From assembly GCA_031285625.1 (NCBI GenBank), contig JAITVV010000081.1, forward strand, positions 121,700 to 185,699: a DNA stretch of 64,000 nucleotides, in the 5' to 3' direction. Below, piece by piece: positions 40,496 to 51,169 of the stretch. The DNA is from Prevotella sp. Lineage in GTDB: Bacteria > Bacteroidota > Bacteroidia > Bacteroidales > Dysgonomonadaceae. The position numbers were made by a program, and so were the translations under genes. The notes beneath the pieces were generated by a model that made no database searches, had not been told where the DNA came from, and saw only the letters and a program-made list of their open reading frames with translations. The stretch's first letter is position 1. Each line of letters starts with the position of its first letter.

Positions 40496-40966
40496 TTAAT
40501 CGTTTACAGGTGGATTGTCATATGACTCCAACTCTGCCATCAAACCTTTCAGCGCCTCTATGAAAGCTGCTTTTGTATCTTCATTTTGAAGTACTTTTTG
40601 AAGGATCTTATTTGAGCGCAATTGTTTTATGGTCTTATTATAAAACTCTTTTTGCCCGCTCAGGTCTTTCAGGTAAGGACTATTTTGCATCATATTCTTA
40701 GTTAGAAAATCTGCAACAGATCTGAATTTAAAGTTTTCTGTGATATCTTGCCCATCCTCATTTTCAAACTCAACATCAATATTTGGTTTGAAATGATCAA
40801 ATACATCTTCGATAGTATTGAGTCCCTCAGCCAATTCCGGATTAATGGGATCTTCGTTTGTTAATTTTTCTACTAACAGAGTACGATTAAAAGGAATATC
40901 GGCGATCGATTCCGAAGCATCAATCTTAACCTCATTTCCTCCTACTCCATATTCAAACATTGCCAT
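40496..40966 (-). CDS. tssB: T6SS-iii sheath small subunit
   Basis: 'YGVGGNEVKIDASE', 'NRTL', 'FKPNIDVEF'; adjacent to tssC. Confidence 0.9.
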   Translation of the reverse strand: MAMFEYGVGGNEVKIDASESIADIPFNRTLLVEKLTNEDPINPELAEGLNTIEDVFDHFKPNIDVEFENEDGQDITENFKFRSVADFLTKNMMQNSPYLKDLSGQKEFYNKTIKQLRSNKILQKVLQNEDTKAAFIEALKGLMAELESYDNPPVND

Positions 40967-40998
40967 AATAATTGTTTTTTATGTTTATTAATAATTTA

Positions 40999-41568
40999 CT
41001 AGTTACTCTTTATGTTGTATGAAAGTGGCTTACTCACTTTCCAGATATTTTCAAATTCTTCATTGCCTATCTTGATCGATCTTGGAGATACAACCAATGT
41101 TGTCATCAATCCTTTCCAGCTGTCTATTTCTTTCTTGTAATGGATGCAAAAGGCATCACAAAATATTATATTTAACAGAGCGCTCTCGTCTGTTTTCGAC
41201 TTATAAGGATAGAAGATGACCTCTCCATTTTGGGTAGCGCCTTCTTTTTGCATCCAGTTATTGATTCTATCACTCAATGTTTCAGAAAATACCAGTGTCA
41301 TTATTCCTCCTCTGGGACGTCCATCAGGTTTGCCTTTAGCTGTAACCGGCTGATCAAAATTCAGGTCAAATTCTTCTACAATGTAGATTTCATCTTTTAT
41401 CTTTAGTTTTACAATAACTCCATATTGTATTGATAGTTTATCCGTATTATCTGATTCTTCTTTTCGATTTCCTTGTTGAATGACTGGTTTTTCGGATATA
41501 ACCTCTTTTTCAGGTGGTTCCTGATTTTCTTTTATAAAAATCCGGCTAATTCTTTTTATAAAATTCAT
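40999..41568 (-). CDS. tssD: Divergent TssD/Hcp with an N-terminal extension
   Basis: 'FDQPV..KGKP...PRGG', 'WM', 'F.DAFCIHY' Hcp-like core. Confidence 0.7.
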   Translation of the reverse strand: MNFIKRISRIFIKENQEPPEKEVISEKPVIQQGNRKEESDNTDKLSIQYGVIVKLKIKDEIYIVEEFDLNFDQPVTAKGKPDGRPRGGIMTLVFSETLSDRINNWMQKEGATQNGEVIFYPYKSKTDESALLNIIFCDAFCIHYKKEIDSWKGLMTTLVVSPRSIKIGNEEFENIWKVSKPLSYNIKSN

Positions 41569-41984
41569 TTATTTATAAATTCGAAATATGTATTCCCAAT
41601 TCTTATTGAATCTGAACTTATTGTTAAATTCGTAATGGTCTGAATACTCCTTTCCAGTTTATAATTCAAGTGAATATCCATACACCTGGCATTCTCAAAA
41701 TAAGTTTGCTCCAATGTTTTATCTTTGGTATCCACAATTGTTATTTCTCCATTAAAGCGTTTCGTATGATCAAACATCCAGATCATTAATATATCGGATG
41801 GCAGATCTACTATCGACAATTTTATTGTACCTCCCTTTATTTCAGAACATGGCTCACCTACACTATTTATATTTCTTTGGAAATTGTATTCACAGTTTGT
41901 AATCTCAAATCTATATTGAGACAATCCCATGATATTATCTTTCTGTGGAATTTGTAGTTTTATATAAGCCTTATACTGAACCAT
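41565..41984 (-). CDS. tssD: Divergent TssD/Hcp paralog
   Basis: 'CEYNFQR...GEP...GGTI', 'WMFD', 'FENARC'. Confidence 0.75.
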   Translation of the reverse strand: MVQYKAYIKLQIPQKDNIMGLSQYRFEITNCEYNFQRNINSVGEPCSEIKGGTIKLSIVDLPSDILMIWMFDHTKRFNGEITIVDTKDKTLEQTYFENARCMDIHLNYKLERSIQTITNLTISSDSIRIGNTYFEFINK

Positions 41985-42040
41985 GATAAGGTGTTAAGTT
42001 TGTGTAATTGTCTTTTGTCTAAGGACTTGTTATATGAAAC

Positions 42041-42070
42041 AGAAGCAAAGAGAATTTTCCCTTTGCTTCT
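42041..42070 (-). terminator. Hairpin after the two canonical hcp genes
   Basis: AGAAGCAAAG...CTTTGCTTCT. Confidence 0.65.
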
Positions 42071-42086
42071 CTAATATAGAGAGATA

Positions 42087-42479
42087 TTACATTTCCGGCC
42101 AATTCTGAGTAAAGCTGGCATCACCCATTTTCAAAGTTTGGGCAGATACTACAAAGCTAATGCTCATAGGTATATCACCAACAATATTGATTGCTTCTTT
42201 AAAGTCTATGATATATCCGTTTTCCCAACTTAGTTCTTTCATTTTGGAATCTTCATCATCTTTTTTGAACGTGATGGTTCCTTTGTGAGGCTTAAATTGC
42301 ATAGCCATTTTTTCAATTATAGAAATATCATCTGTAGATTCTACTGTTATTTCTACTTTACCTCCATAAAGGTTAGAAGATGGACGTCCCTTTGAGTCAA
42401 CTTCTCTCTCGACAGAGTAATTACATTTGATTATGTCAAATTCTTTGCCTTCAAAATTTAAACTTGCTCTAAATGACAT
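42087..42479 (-). CDS. tssD: T6SS tube protein TssD (Hcp)
   Basis: 'REVDSKGRPSSNLYGG', 'VEST', 'KMKELSWENGY'. Confidence 0.92.
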   Translation of the reverse strand: MSFRASLNFEGKEFDIIKCNYSVEREVDSKGRPSSNLYGGKVEITVESTDDISIIEKMAMQFKPHKGTITFKKDDEDSKMKELSWENGYIIDFKEAINIVGDIPMSISFVVSAQTLKMGDASFTQNWPEM

Positions 42480-42523
42480 GTTTTTTCTTTTTAAGTGTTA
42501 ATAAATTGCGTTAAGGTCTTTGG

Positions 42524-42913
42524 TTATCGAGGCCATTTTTGCTCGATTTCTACATTTTCCATTTTGATTTTTTCCGCAGAAACTTCAAAACGAAGAGACA
42601 TCGGTTCACGTCCAATTACGTCCAGAGATTCCGAATATTTTACAACATATCCGTTTTCCCAGCTCAATTCTTTCATTTTAGCTTCTTCATGCCCTTTATT
42701 GAAAGTAATAGTACCTGAGTTAGGTTTAAACTGGTTTACCATTTGGGAGAAAACCGTAGTGTCTTCTGTAGACTCTACTTCCAAGATTATACTACCGCCA
42801 TATACATTAGATGATGGACGGCCTTTTAAATCTACATCACGGTGAAATGAGTAGCTGCATTGAATAACATCGTATTCTTTGCCTTCAAATTTCAAATTTG
42901 CTTTAAAAGCCAT
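42524..42913 (-). CDS. tssD: T6SS tube protein TssD (Hcp)
   Basis: 'RDVDLKGRPSSNVYGG', 'VEST', 'KMKELSWENGY'. Confidence 0.92.
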   Translation of the reverse strand: MAFKANLKFEGKEYDVIQCSYSFHRDVDLKGRPSSNVYGGSIILEVESTEDTTVFSQMVNQFKPNSGTITFNKGHEEAKMKELSWENGYVVKYSESLDVIGREPMSLRFEVSAEKIKMENVEIEQKWPR

Positions 42914-43240
42914 AATTGATAAGTTTAATTAATAAATGTGTAATTTTTTAATCTGTGTGATTAAATTAAAGCTTACGATTTATGAAAATTCGTTTGTGTT
43001 AAATTTATTCGTAAAGTGTGTTAATATTCTTTTTGATTCTTCCAACCACAATTTTAAATATTTTTTTTTAATCTAGCTACTTTTTTTCTGCATAAGTTTA
43101 ATATTTATATAATTTTTAGGTTTATAATCCTTCCTATATATTAGATAAATTACTAATAATTTCTATACAGATTAATTTTTCATTATTTCTTTTATCTTTG
43201 TAAAGAATACACAAATTTTACACACAATTCCAATAATCAG

Positions 43241-45742
43241 ATGGATTTCTTGAATTTAAACGATTCGGTAAAAACCGCTATCAGAGTATCACAGGCTATT
43301 GCAAGAGAATACGGTAACGAATATTACTCTCCGCCTCATCTTCTCAAAGGACTCCTGCATAAAGAGGTAGGACTTCAGAGTTTAATAACCCACCTTGGCA
43401 AGGAAGTTGCTTATTTTGAAGAATGGGCAGAAGTAAGAATAGATGATTATCCTAAAATAGGATCTCCAAAAGATATTGTTGGAGATGAAAATATACCGAG
43501 GGTATTTGAAGAATCAGATAATGTACGTATAAAATTGGGATTATTAGAAATAAATCCGTTATGCGTATTGGCAGCCTTGTCCAAACCCGGAGTGGGATTT
43601 AGCTCAGACCAGCTAAAATCATTTCCTATAAGGGAAAGTGAAATATTGGATCTGTATATGGATGCCGAAAACGTGGCGCACAGTATTGCTCACGAATTAT
43701 ATGAGTCGTCTGGAGAACCATCGACAGCAGCTCTCCACAAATACTGTATTGATAAAATGATACAAGCATCTGATCTGAAGATACATGATGTAGTGAACCG
43801 GGAAGGAGAAATCAGAATGATGATGGAGATACTGGGACGAAGAAGTAAGCCCAATGTGATGATCATAGGAGATTCGGGAGTGGGGAAAACTGCTCTGGTA
43901 GATGGGCTTGTACGCCGGATTGTGGATAAAGATGTTCCTTCTTACCTCGATGGAACAACTATCTATGAACTCGACACAGGAAATCTCATTGCAGGAGCAA
44001 CCTACAAAGGGGAGATTGAAGATCGTCTGAAAAGTATTATAAAAGAAATACGGACGATGGATAAGGCTATCCTGTTTATAGATGAAATACATATCTTACT
44101 AGATCCGAAACAAGGGAATTCGGGTGCAGCAAATATTATGAAACCGGAAATGTCAAGGGGTGATCTTACAATAATAGGGATCACTACTAATGATGACTAC
44201 CGTAAGTTTGTGGAACCGGATCATGCCTTCAACCGCAGATTTGAAGTTCTTAAAATAGAAGAACCGGATCTTAAATCAGCTGAAAAGATGCTAAGTTTTG
44301 TTATTGATAAATATGCTAATTTTCATAACCTTAAAGTTTCAGAAAGTGCAGTAGAGGAATGTGTGAGACTGGCAAAGCGCTATACAAAAGACCGCAGATT
44401 ACCTGACTCAGCTATCGACTTGTTAGACAGAACAATGTCTGCAGCCAAAATGATAAATGAAACTGCAAATAAGGATATCCTTTATTTTACAAAAGAACTT
44501 GATAAAATAGAGGATGATAAAGAAACGCCTAAAGAAGAATTATTGGATAAACTCAGATATATATACTTTGGAATGCAAAATAGGTTGAGCCCTATCCTGC
44601 TAGGTATATTAACTGATGAAACGGATGTAGCAACAATAAGCGACTACGAACAGATGCTTAAATATCTTCATAATGCACTTGATACATTAGAGGAATTCTG
44701 TAAAAATAAGATCGAAGAAGTAAGTCCTCATGAAGTTACAGCTATCATATCCAACAAAACAGGCATTCCGATAGGCAAAATACAATCGCAGGAGAAAGAA
44801 AAGCTTCTGACTATGGAAGATCAACTCAGAAAGAGGGTTGTAGGACAAGATCATGCTTTGAAGTCGCTATCAGATGCGATTCTTGAATCGCGAAGCGGAT
44901 TGAACAAACCGGGGCAACCTATTGGTTCTTTCTTCTTTCTGGGACCTACAGGAACGGGAAAGACCGAGTTGGTAAAAGCTGTAGCCGAAGCATTATTCAA
45001 TGATGAGAAGGCTATGATACGGTTCGACATGTCAGAGTTTAAAGAAGAACATTCTGCCGCTTTACTATATGGAGCACCTCCAGGATATGTAGGATATGAA
45101 GAGGGAGGGCTTTTGGTGAATAAGATCCGTCAGCAACCTTATGCTGTTGTACTCTTCGATGAAATCGAGAAAGCCCATCAGTCTGTCTATGATATTTTCC
45201 TACAGATTATGGATGAAGGGAAGTTACATGACAGGCTCGGAAAAGAAGGGGACTTCTCAAATGCCATCATAATATTCACGTCCAATGTGGGTAGTGAATG
45301 GCTTTCTGAGCAATTAGCCCAGGGAAAAAGGCCTACCACCATACAGATGATGGAAGTGATGGGACGTTATTTCCGTCCTGAATTTTTAGCACGCCTTTCT
45401 GAAATTGTTCCATTCTCTCCTATCAGTGAAGACATATTACTTTCTATATTTAATATCCAGTTGAAAAGTTTGTATGCTCCTTTGGAGAAACAAGGAATAG
45501 AACTTATCATTGATGAGAATGCTAAGCGTATACTCGCCAATAAAGACTTTACACCTAAATATGGAGCAAGGCAGCTTGCAGGAGTTTTGAGAAATTATTT
45601 GCGACGCCCCATATCCCGTTACATAATAAACGGAAAAGTAGGGCATGGTAGTAAAATATCGATTGGGTTGGATGAAAATAATGAACTGATCTGGAATATA
45701 GAGAATCTGCAAGCAGAAGATATCCCGGAAACAGAGTCATAA
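43241..45742 (+). CDS. tssH: ClpV/TssH AAA+ ATPase
   Basis: Two Walker A motifs (GDSGVGKT, GPTGTGKT), 'LFIDE', 'LFDEIEKAH'; inside the T6SS locus; TATCTTTG box at 43193. Confidence 0.92.
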   Translation: MDFLNLNDSVKTAIRVSQAIAREYGNEYYSPPHLLKGLLHKEVGLQSLITHLGKEVAYFEEWAEVRIDDYPKIGSPKDIVGDENIPRVFEESDNVRIKLGLLEINPLCVLAALSKPGVGFSSDQLKSFPIRESEILDLYMDAENVAHSIAHELYESSGEPSTAALHKYCIDKMIQASDLKIHDVVNREGEIRMMMEILGRRSKPNVMIIGDSGVGKTALVDGLVRRIVDKDVPSYLDGTTIYELDTGNLIAGATYKGEIEDRLKSIIKEIRTMDKAILFIDEIHILLDPKQGNSGAANIMKPEMSRGDLTIIGITTNDDYRKFVEPDHAFNRRFEVLKIEEPDLKSAEKMLSFVIDKYANFHNLKVSESAVEECVRLAKRYTKDRRLPDSAIDLLDRTMSAAKMINETANKDILYFTKELDKIEDDKETPKEELLDKLRYIYFGMQNRLSPILLGILTDETDVATISDYEQMLKYLHNALDTLEEFCKNKIEEVSPHEVTAIISNKTGIPIGKIQSQEKEKLLTMEDQLRKRVVGQDHALKSLSDAILESRSGLNKPGQPIGSFFFLGPTGTGKTELVKAVAEALFNDEKAMIRFDMSEFKEEHSAALLYGAPPGYVGYEEGGLLVNKIRQQPYAVVLFDEIEKAHQSVYDIFLQIMDEGKLHDRLGKEGDFSNAIIIFTSNVGSEWLSEQLAQGKRPTTIQMMEVMGRYFRPEFLARLSEIVPFSPISEDILLSIFNIQLKSLYAPLEKQGIELIIDENAKRILANKDFTPKYGARQLAGVLRNYLRRPISRYIINGKVGHGSKISIGLDENNELIWNIENLQAEDIPETES

Positions 45743-45760
45743 AAATTTTAGTTTTCTTTT

Positions 45761-45830
45761 TGTCATGTTGAACGAAGTGAAACATCTCGTGTCTGGAGAG
45801 TCGAGATTCTTCATTGCATTCAGAATGACA
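45761..45830. repeat. REP-like palindromic repeat, copy 2 (between convergent tssH and tssG)
   Basis: TGTCATGTTGAACGAAGTGAAACATCTC...GAGATTCTTCATTGCATTCAGAATGACA. Confidence 0.85.
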
Positions 45831-45876
45831 AAGAGATAACTTATCGGTTACTTTGACTTTTAACAACTCTATTCTC

Positions 45877-46836
45877 TTATAAAAATGTATTGAGTCCCAA
45901 CTGCGAGATTGCTGTATTATTACCGGATAGTATAAATACAGAACCTTCGGATGAGAGTTTAAAATCTTTCACAACAAATGCATCTGCTGTTAATAGCAAA
46001 TCACATAATTTATCAAGTACAAAACCACCTTCATTCGGAGCCATAAAGTATTCCATCTTTTGGGCAGATATGGGGCCAATAGTTACTTTCAGGTCGTCTA
46101 TGCCATCATCAAATACATCGCCGAGAACAAAGTCTACTCCTAAACCTGCAACACCAATCTGAGATTTATAGCTACTGGGATCAACGTTCTTATGAGAAAT
46201 TTTTGTGGGTGATATCGTAACCGGAACATCCAATATTATTGATATAATGTCTTCTACTTCTGAATGTTTATTCCTAATCTTATGGAGAATGGAAATAACG
46301 TATATGAAAATAATTGCTTGGCGGGAATTAAATTTTTTGAGGATGGGCCAATATGACAGAAAGATATTTGTAAAATTCTTATTACTTATCTTTTTGTCAA
46401 AACCTAATTCCCACAAATATGCATTGGATAGAGACCTGTCTATCTCTACCTCAAACAGTTGGAAGAACTTACGGGCAAAAAATTCTTCCTGTCGATGATG
46501 TTTTATCTCATCTATAATATCATCTTTTTGTTTCGACTTACTCTTATACAGTGGCTGATGAAACAGCCCTTCCGGTAAGATATCATATATGCTTTCCCTA
46601 TTGGTGTGTATATTGAGGTAGTCTTGTAAATCATGTTCTGAGAACTGGAGGTCGATATGTTCTATATCCTTCGCAAATCCCCTTCTCATAGCCCCTTTGC
46701 GTATGAGGAATATCCGATTGGGGTCATACCCTTGTATAACCAAATTTGCAGCTATTATCTCCGATTTATAATCAGATTCTATAGAGTTTGCACTTTTGGA
46801 AATGCCTTCCAGCTCTATGATATTTTTTTGTGGCAT
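45877..46836 (-). CDS. tssG: T6SS baseplate TssG
   Basis: 'RESIYDILPEGLFH', 'EEFFARKFF'. Confidence 0.85.
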   Translation of the reverse strand: MPQKNIIELEGISKSANSIESDYKSEIIAANLVIQGYDPNRIFLIRKGAMRRGFAKDIEHIDLQFSEHDLQDYLNIHTNRESIYDILPEGLFHQPLYKSKSKQKDDIIDEIKHHRQEEFFARKFFQLFEVEIDRSLSNAYLWELGFDKKISNKNFTNIFLSYWPILKKFNSRQAIIFIYVISILHKIRNKHSEVEDIISIILDVPVTISPTKISHKNVDPSSYKSQIGVAGLGVDFVLGDVFDDGIDDLKVTIGPISAQKMEYFMAPNEGGFVLDKLCDLLLTADAFVVKDFKLSSEGSVFILSGNNTAISQLGLNTFL

Positions 46837-46844
46837 ATATTATT

Positions 46845-47999
46845 TTAGTCTAAAATAGTCCACTCCGAACGTTTATCTGTTTCAGTCTTCTGTACTTTTT
46901 CGGCTACAACAATATTTTCTTTGTGCTGGCCAATATATTCAAGTGTACTAAGTTTATTCCACAAAGCAGTGAATATAGATAAAGAATATTCTATCCGGGA
47001 CATTATATCTCTTATGTCTTGATGATTGTATGTACTCTCAAGCAAATCTGATAAAAGTTCCAGGAATACTCCCGGTTTGATATCAGCCCACTCATAGAAG
47101 TATTTCAGTAGTTCCTCTTTTTTTGTCCGAGGAATAAAATTAATGGTGACAAAACATATATGGGCAAAAGAAGAGAATACATTAACGATTTCTACCGGTT
47201 CATAAAATCGTCCTTTATTCTTATAGTTGAAATGTATTTCAGCAATATAAATAAGTATCTTTTCACACAATAATTTAATACTGTTCGCAATATCCGAGTT
47301 GTTTTCTTTATCCAGTATTTTTTGGATTATCCGTTGGGATGCTACTTCAATATTATTGAGGTATTTGCCAAACAATTCGTAATATTTTTTCAGATCAGGA
47401 TGACTGCTCATTGTAATACATGGCGGTATGTAATTTGTATCCACACTGTAATGAGACCCTTTTTTTATAATGCGTCCCACAACCAGATGATGCATTCCCA
47501 ATTCTTCTACGGATATTTGCCCTGCCGGCTTTATAAACAGATCATATGCTTTACCTGCATCCGGATTTCGTGGAGGCGTTTCTTCAGGGTTGGGTGTACC
47601 CTGGGGTTTACGGTCAAATGGGCGTACTACCAGAATAAGATCCCATAGCATATCCTCTTTTTTCTCCTCTTTTTCTTCATTGAAGCGATGATTGATCCGT
47701 AAATAATCTGAATGATCCAGTGGATTAATATCAATTCGGCAGCCTCCGGGGGTAACTGCATTACACTGTCTCAGTTCTATTTCGATATTGTTTGTAACCT
47801 TCTCCATCATTTCCAGATCACAGGAAAGCTTCTCTCCCTTGTAAGGAGGAAGTAAGCCATAATTGTAGCTGGTAAGCCCTATGCTGATTGCATCACGGAT
47901 TGTATCTACATAGTAATCTTCAGTTTGTTGCAGATGGTCTTTTGATATTTTCATACCATCTACCCAGTTAACCAGTTTCTTTTTTATAGGGTAAAGCAT
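46845..47999 (-). CDS. tssK: T6SS baseplate TssK-like
   Basis: 'VNWVDGMKI', 'NYGLLP', 'YIPPC', 'LEYIG'. Confidence 0.8.
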   Translation of the reverse strand: MLYPIKKKLVNWVDGMKISKDHLQQTEDYYVDTIRDAISIGLTSYNYGLLPPYKGEKLSCDLEMMEKVTNNIEIELRQCNAVTPGGCRIDINPLDHSDYLRINHRFNEEKEEKKEDMLWDLILVVRPFDRKPQGTPNPEETPPRNPDAGKAYDLFIKPAGQISVEELGMHHLVVGRIIKKGSHYSVDTNYIPPCITMSSHPDLKKYYELFGKYLNNIEVASQRIIQKILDKENNSDIANSIKLLCEKILIYIAEIHFNYKNKGRFYEPVEIVNVFSSFAHICFVTINFIPRTKKEELLKYFYEWADIKPGVFLELLSDLLESTYNHQDIRDIMSRIEYSLSIFTALWNKLSTLEYIGQHKENIVVAEKVQKTETDKRSEWTILD

Positions 48000-48018
48000 A
48001 TCGTGTTATGTTTTAATA

Positions 48019-48879
48019 TTATTGTGTAAAGTCTTCTTTTACTCTTTTGGCTACTATTATAAATTTCTCCTGAATTTTATTTTCAACAATTGTCTGATCC
48101 GGATCTATGTATTTTCTGAAATGGAAGAAAGATCGTTTATAATAAAAAATCCAGCCAAAAGGCTTCCCTTCCTCATCTGTTTGTATCGGAGCTAATGGGA
48201 ATTTAAGGTTATAATCATGTAAGAATTTCTGAAACCACATGCCATATGATATATTATCCGGTGTTTTTGCTTTTATCTTTGTTGGATTTATATCACCTAC
48301 ATTTTTGAATATTTCTACCTCTATTACCATCAATTTGTTGTAGTCAATAGACTCAAATACAGGTAAATCCTTATCTGAATATTTCCATATTTTATAAATT
48401 TCAGCCGGAATATCCATGTATTTCTTCCACATTTGTTTAAATAATATTGGAAACAGGAATGTCAGCGTACATGTGCAAGCCCATAGGCCATATTGTAATT
48501 CGTTGCAGATATTGAATACCATTGAAAAAAAAGCTGCTCCGATAAATACAATAATAAAGTTGAATCCGAATTGGATATAAAAGGCTTTTTCCTCCAGTTT
48601 AGGAAAGCGATATTGAGAAACTTTCATGTTTAAAATACCCAGGAAAAGGTAAAACACCTGCAGAAATATATACCAGAACGGCATGAATCCGTAGTGTATG
48701 AATCCTAGCAGGGCTGGTAGGGCAATTATGATAGCAGATAGTAGCACATATATGATCAAGTGTTTGCTATTTGCTATTTTATTTTTTTTTGCCACGATGA
48801 TAGCTATAAAAGCCAGAATAATACCTATCAGTGGCAGCAAGAGATAAGACACAACAAATTTTGCTGTATAAGCATTCAT
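48019..48879 (-). CDS. tssN: T6SS-iii membrane complex TssN
   Basis: 5 TM, then a soluble domain 'IPAEIYKIW...YIDPDQT..N'. Confidence 0.85.
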   Translation of the reverse strand: MNAYTAKFVVSYLLLPLIGIILAFIAIIVAKKNKIANSKHLIIYVLLSAIIIALPALLGFIHYGFMPFWYIFLQVFYLFLGILNMKVSQYRFPKLEEKAFYIQFGFNFIIVFIGAAFFSMVFNICNELQYGLWACTCTLTFLFPILFKQMWKKYMDIPAEIYKIWKYSDKDLPVFESIDYNKLMVIEVEIFKNVGDINPTKIKAKTPDNISYGMWFQKFLHDYNLKFPLAPIQTDEEGKPFGWIFYYKRSFFHFRKYIDPDQTIVENKIQEKFIIVAKRVKEDFTQ

Positions 48880-48889
48880 ATTTTTGTTA

Positions 48890-50728
48890 TTATTGATTAA
48901 TAAAAATTCTATAGTTAAATGTATCAGGGGATTTCTCTTTCAGGCCACTATATACCTCTTTCTTAAATTCTTCCCTTGATGATAAATTCTCATATTTGGT
49001 ATCTACCTGTAAGAACACATCTATTGTCCTCATCAGACCTTCTCTTGGCCTGGAGCTAACCTGAACTCCTTTTTTTACTTCAATAGAGGAGATTATGTCT
49101 CCAAACATGGAATAACAAAAGTTTATGATATCTTCTGTTGTGTAAATCCTGTCACGACTGGTGAGTATGTACTTATACATATCTAACACATTCTCCGACT
49201 TTGGTGCTCCACGTCCACCTACTGTTGTGGTAAGTGAGAAAACGCGGTCAGACATTACATACATATCCGAAAACGGTGTAAATGCGGCTCCGGCACTAAT
49301 ATTATTTACTATATCGGCATGTGTGACCCAATAGTTTAAAAATATTATTTCATCAGAACCATCTGCATCCAGCACTATGTAAGAAGATATATCCCGAGAT
49401 TCATTTACTTCGGCTACCCGGCGATCCATAATAGTAATCAACTCCTCTAGCTGTTTTGTCAAACCGCTTAGAAATCCCCGCCCAACAAGAGAATAAGCTA
49501 CACCTTCATCCCTCAGTAGGTCCATCAGGTTGAGTATGTATTCTTTTGCATTTCGTGAATCGAAGCGTTCCACTCCTCCACGCTTTACACTATAAGTGTG
49601 AGGTTTATGTACATCTGAATCGTGGTAGGGTAATTGCTCATATACCCGGCCTTGCGAATCTGTAATTTTGTTAACAAAAAGGAACTTCTCTTTCGCTTCT
49701 GTATTTAAAGGTATTATATTGGTCAGTTTGTTTATTTTAAAATAACCTTTGTTCAGGTTTTTATTTATTACCGGAAAAGCATTTATCGACACAGTGATTG
49801 CATCCAGTATCTCTTCCGAAAAATTAGGAGGGAAAGAGACTTTCAGCCATAATAGCGGAGTCTGGAATTTTTCTGTAACATTTTCCGGATATAGTCCGAT
49901 CAGTTCCTTAGGGAAATTCTCAAAGTTTGCCGTTCCATTTTTTATTTCCTCAGTAATTGTTATATACTGGTGATTGTAATACTTTATAACACTGTTGTCA
50001 TATGTATTTACCAGATCGTATTCGGTAAAAATAGAACTCCTTGCTGATGGCTCCTTCACGGCATAGATACCTTGACGGCTTTTCAGTATTTTTCCTTGAT
50101 ACTCCCATTTAGTATATGGTAATAGATTCAGGTATTCTGCCTTATTCTCTATATTGATAAAATCGAAGAAAAAGGAGAGGTTATCCAATGTCTTTACAGC
50201 AGGATCAAGTTCTAAACCAATCCAAATGTTATGAGTAAAAACGCTTGAACGATTAATACTTCTTGCTTGTATTTCTTTATTCTGGGTATTATCATATTTA
50301 AAGACATTTCTTCCACAAATAAGGGATTTTACCTGCCCTTTGATGACAGGGAAAGAACCGACAGGATAGAAACTCACATTTCTTACTTTGTGGCTCATAT
50401 TGAATGCCGGATTATCGTAATATACGCCAGTCATTTTATTTACAATACTTTTTGCCTCCAAAGGATAAACCTGTAATATCATATGAGCCGGACGAACAGT
50501 CATCAGAATATCAGGAGTAAGCATATGAGCTACCCGTTCGAGTATGCGTGCCTCGATTCCGTTTTGCTCATTTGATATTTTATATATCTCGCTGGCAAAA
50601 GCCTCGATCAATAATTTTACCAACGGGTCCAGATTCTCTATGTTACGAATACCCCAAAAATTGGCAGCATTCTTATACATTCTATCTTTGATTTCCTCCT
50701 TGCTATAAATATTTTTGATTTCCATCAT
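48890..50728 (-). CDS. tssF: T6SS baseplate TssF
   Basis: 'IKDRM', 'DPLVKLLIEA', 'LTPD..PAH', 'NAFPVIN', 'GGVERFD'. Confidence 0.88.
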   Translation of the reverse strand: MMEIKNIYSKEEIKDRMYKNAANFWGIRNIENLDPLVKLLIEAFASEIYKISNEQNGIEARILERVAHMLTPDILMTVRPAHMILQVYPLEAKSIVNKMTGVYYDNPAFNMSHKVRNVSFYPVGSFPVIKGQVKSLICGRNVFKYDNTQNKEIQARSINRSSVFTHNIWIGLELDPAVKTLDNLSFFFDFINIENKAEYLNLLPYTKWEYQGKILKSRQGIYAVKEPSARSSIFTEYDLVNTYDNSVIKYYNHQYITITEEIKNGTANFENFPKELIGLYPENVTEKFQTPLLWLKVSFPPNFSEEILDAITVSINAFPVINKNLNKGYFKINKLTNIIPLNTEAKEKFLFVNKITDSQGRVYEQLPYHDSDVHKPHTYSVKRGGVERFDSRNAKEYILNLMDLLRDEGVAYSLVGRGFLSGLTKQLEELITIMDRRVAEVNESRDISSYIVLDADGSDEIIFLNYWVTHADIVNNISAGAAFTPFSDMYVMSDRVFSLTTTVGGRGAPKSENVLDMYKYILTSRDRIYTTEDIINFCYSMFGDIISSIEVKKGVQVSSRPREGLMRTIDVFLQVDTKYENLSSREEFKKEVYSGLKEKSPDTFNYRIFINQ

Positions 50729-50731
50729 AGT

Positions 50732-51169
50732 TTAATCAGAAGATAAAGGTCCCAGATATAAAGTGTAATAATAGCAGCATCTTACTTTTGTACTAACGAT
50801 GGTCAGGTCGATATGTACATCTATTTTGTTACGAATAGATACAGAATTGCTGAATCTATTTTCTATTCTGGCATCAGATAAAAATACCTTTGGCTCTACA
50901 TCAGTAACACGTGGTTCATATTTGTTAATAGCCTCTGTAATATATTTTATATATAGATTCTCCCATCTGGATTTGGATACAACTTTTTCAAAGTCCAAGT
51001 CCCATATTTTACATCCGTACTCAGGATCAAATTTATGTTCTCCCGGAGCAGTGGTCATGATCAACTCAAGATGATGATCGATAGACTCTTTCTCCGAACA
51101 TGTTCCGAGTCCCTGATGGCCAGGTTCAAATATGCGTACAAAATCCATTGGGGTTTTATATAGCTTCAT
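50732..51169 (-). CDS. tssE: T6SS baseplate TssE (gp25 family)
   Basis: 'ESIDHHL', 'GEHKFDPEYGC.IW', 'YEPR'. Confidence 0.88.
   Translation of the reverse strand: MKLYKTPMDFVRIFEPGHQGLGTCSEKESIDHHLELIMTTAPGEHKFDPEYGCKIWDLDFEKVVSKSRWENLYIKYITEAINKYEPRVTDVEPKVFLSDARIENRFSNSVSIRNKIDVHIDLTIVSTKVRCCYYYTLYLGPLSSD

Noticed and set aside
43241-45742. ClpB chaperone call
   Set aside because: Its position inside the T6SS locus and the atypical middle region favour ClpV/TssH.
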